A program made the position numbers and the translations under genes. DNA of 64,000 nucleotides, from contig AP026129.1 in assembly GCA_030295235.1 (NCBI GenBank), positions 930,001 through 994,000 on the forward strand, in the 5' to 3' direction. This document shows positions 61,424 through 64,000 of this stretch, one piece after another. The DNA is from Fistulifera solaris (lineage: Eukaryota). Under the pieces are notes generated by a model. The model saw only the letters and a list, made by a program, of their open reading frames with translations, was not told the DNA's origin and ran no database searches. Every line of letters starts with the position of its first letter. Positions within the stretch are counted from its first letter, which is position 1.

Positions 61424-62524
61424 ATGGGAATATCACAATCGAAGACGCAAACCACGATGCCTGGATCGTTTTTTCACTCCAAACTACTCGCTACGTCCAC
61501 CACGCGTTGCGATGATGCGTTACCACCGCCGCCTCCGCCGGGTGAAGCCCCTCCGCCGCCACCACCGAAGGATAGCATCGCCGAAGCAGCGGCATCTACG
61601 ACCTTGTACAGCAATCCGGGACCTTACGAAATGGCCGCCATGGATGGCAAACGATTGGTGCAACTCGACACATTCGATGGCTTCCGATGTGATATCAACA
61701 AACAACTCAGTCCTTACATGGCAGTAGTACACTCGTTTCTGCTGGGAACGACCTCATTGCCCGATCGCACTTCGACTTATTCGTTTGTGACGCAAGTGGC
61801 GGATGAACAGGGCATTCTCATGACACGCGTCGATCCAGGACGAGGAAGTGTCGATGGACGGGTGCATCGTGCGGTACTCGGCGGCTTGGCGATGGCCAAG
61901 TTACAGCTGGGTTTATCTCCGGATGGTCAACAAGATCAGGCGCTAGCGGAACTGGATTTTGGTGGGTTGACGTGGACGGGAAATCTCAAGTACGGAAGCA
62001 TGGCGGGTGCCATTGTGTACGGGTGTAATTATCTACAGAGCATTACGCCCCAATTACAAATGGGAGGAGAAGGAATGTACATTGCAGCAAATCAGTCGCT
62101 GATAAGTAATTATACTTTAAAATACACGATTCCGGCGTCGACGGGAGATGAAACATCGGCATTGCCTGGTGTTGCCAAGGGACCCGAACGAAAGGGGTCG
62201 TCCATGATGTGTGTGAATTATAATACCGCTCAGAATGCGCTCTCGCTGAACTACAAGCGCGTTGTTACTCCCAACCGAGTCACCCTTGGTGCAGAATTAC
62301 AGTGCAGTCCCTTGACGCTAGAATCGCAAGTTCTTCTTGGAGCCGAATTCAAGCTACACCGGAGCCGATTTGCCATTTGTGTTGATGGGGGTTTGCGAAC
62401 ACAAAGTATACTGGAAGCGAAATTGGGCGTTGCTCCCGGAAGTCCTACTTTGAACTTTTCTGCTGATGTCGATCACTTGAATGATGCTATGCGATTTGGT
62501 TACGGCATCACCATTGAAGGTTAA
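61424..62524 (+). CDS. TOM40: Mitochondrial outer-membrane import channel Tom40
   Basis: Pro-rich N-terminus, NPGPYE, FDGFRCDINKQLSP, YLQSITPQLQMGGE and C-terminal RFGYGITIEG. Confidence 0.93.
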   Translation: MGISQSKTQTTMPGSFFHSKLLATSTTRCDDALPPPPPPGEAPPPPPPKDSIAEAAASTTLYSNPGPYEMAAMDGKRLVQLDTFDGFRCDINKQLSPYMAVVHSFLLGTTSLPDRTSTYSFVTQVADEQGILMTRVDPGRGSVDGRVHRAVLGGLAMAKLQLGLSPDGQQDQALAELDFGGLTWTGNLKYGSMAGAIVYGCNYLQSITPQLQMGGEGMYIAANQSLISNYTLKYTIPASTGDETSALPGVAKGPERKGSSMMCVNYNTAQNALSLNYKRVVTPNRVTLGAELQCSPLTLESQVLLGAEFKLHRSRFAICVDGGLRTQSILEAKLGVAPGSPTLNFSADVDHLNDAMRFGYGITIEG

Positions 62525-63078
62525 GTTTTCCGAGTAATACATAAGGTCTTTTGTCTCCTCCCCTTTCCTCTGCTTGTAAGAAAAAATACGAGTTGTTATT
62601 AACGTCGTTACCTGGTACTTGGCGTTGTCTTCTTGTTCCCTCATTTTGATTGTCGCACCTGGTGCACTCAATCAGACTCTGAAACTATTTGTTCCTAAAT
62701 TGAGTGTAAATCCATTTTTATATTTGCAGTGCACCCATTAACTAATCTCCCAGTCTCCCAACGCGTGCAGACGAGTTTTACTCAGTTTACAGAGCTGCGA
62801 TCTGCGATTGATCCCTAGCACGCTAGCACTGCCTACATGCAACGGATAACGAAGATTTTCACGACCATGGTCCATGCGTCTTCCGTTCTGGGAAACGATC
62901 GATTAACCCATTTACTAAGGTTACAGAAGATACGGACGGAATTTTTGTTACGTCACTTCAAGAACGAGAAAACGACGACAAACCAACATGATAGAGGCAA
63001 CAAAGCGATCCGCTGTTACAAGTACCTTTCAAGTTTACCTTTCCTATCTTCTCCAATCAACAACCCGTGATACGCAAG

Positions 63079-63798
63079 ATGTTTCGCCTAGCCCTCTTTC
63101 TCCTTCTCAGCGCTTCTTCTCTCGCTTTCGTTCCTCAACAAGGACGGTTTCATCAAACGACCGACCTAGCAGCGTTGAACCGTCGTGATGCTCTCGGTTT
63201 CGCCTTTTCTGCTATGATCGGGGCTGCGGCGACCTTGCCAACGGAAGCTGGGGCGGCTAGTAATCCCGCGTTGGAGACATTTAAGGGAGGAAAGAAGACA
63301 AAGGGGTCTTACATTCCTGGAAAAGGTCTTCGTGATCAAGCAACATTCGACGAACTTGTTGCTGCTTCAAACCCGGCCCTAGAGACATTTAAGGGAGGAA
63401 AGAAGACAAAAGGGTCTTACATCCCTGGAAAAGGTCTTCGTGATCAAGCAACATTCGAAGAACTTGTTGCCGCCTCAAACCCGGCTCTAGAGACATTTAA
63501 AGGCCGAAAAGCCACCAAGGGATCTTTTATTCCTGGTAAGGGAATGCGAAACAGCGCCGTTTTCGACGAACTTGTTGCTGCTTCGAATCCTGCTCTAGAG
63601 ACATTTAAAGGCCGAAAAGCCACCAAGGGATCGTTTATTCCGGGTAAGGGAATGCGAAACACCGCCGTTTTCGACGAACTTGTTGCTGCTTCGAATCCTG
63701 CTCTAGAGACTTTCAAGGGTGGTAAAAAGACGAAGGGAGCTTACATCCCCGGAAAAGGTCTCCGCGATCAGGTCTTGTTCGATCAATTGTTTTCATGA
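63079..63798 (+). CDS. Predicted thylakoid-lumen protein made of five 36-aa repeats
   Basis: SLAFVP plastid leader, twin-Arg NRRDAL, hydrophobic stretch and AGA, then 5 x AASNPALETFKGxKxTKGxxIPGKGxRxxxxFDELV (108-nt period). Confidence 0.85.
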   Translation: MFRLALFLLLSASSLAFVPQQGRFHQTTDLAALNRRDALGFAFSAMIGAAATLPTEAGAASNPALETFKGGKKTKGSYIPGKGLRDQATFDELVAASNPALETFKGGKKTKGSYIPGKGLRDQATFEELVAASNPALETFKGRKATKGSFIPGKGMRNSAVFDELVAASNPALETFKGRKATKGSFIPGKGMRNTAVFDELVAASNPALETFKGGKKTKGAYIPGKGLRDQVLFDQLFS

Positions 63799-64000
63799 AA
63801 ACTTAAGCTTTAATTGTATGCATGAAAATTGGTTGCAGAATTACATGCTCAATTATTTTCAAGCCTAACATACTAGCCAATGCGCTTGATTACAGCGACA
63901 AAGAAACCTCCTGAGTCATGATCTTGGGGCCACAGCCTTACACATCGGTCTAGGTGCAAATCGTTCGTAGAAAGAGGAGGCCACATCGAAGTACAGGCTT

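Overview
This is gene-dense eukaryotic nuclear DNA from a pennate diatom. The evidence is short GT-AG introns, bipartite signal+transit peptides of the ASAFAP type, and an expanded LRR/RNI-like family that resembles Fistulifera; the genus call is inference. About 30 protein-coding loci are visible. Many carry single-base shifts in homopolymer runs, most likely long-read assembly errors. No rRNA, tRNA or CRISPR array was found. Highlights: (1) a decayed CRE-clade (RLE) non-LTR retrotransposon at about 15.7-19.5 kb whose 5' 1.37 kb is inverted in the geometry expected from twin priming, with a 9-Cys CXC-like zinc cluster at its N-terminus; (2) tandem plastid flavodoxins, one shorter and diverged near the FMN site, next to a CBA1-like periplasmic-binding-fold gene; (3) a predicted Tat-routed thylakoid-lumen protein made of five 36-aa repeats, possibly a polyprotein; (4) apparent pseudoenzymes, namely a glutamate dehydrogenase homologue without its catalytic lysines and a head-to-head pair of epimerase-DUF616 fusions; (5) a rearranged array of VWA/alpha2delta-like membrane protein genes with duplication-bracketed inserts, plus a 34-bp minisatellite.
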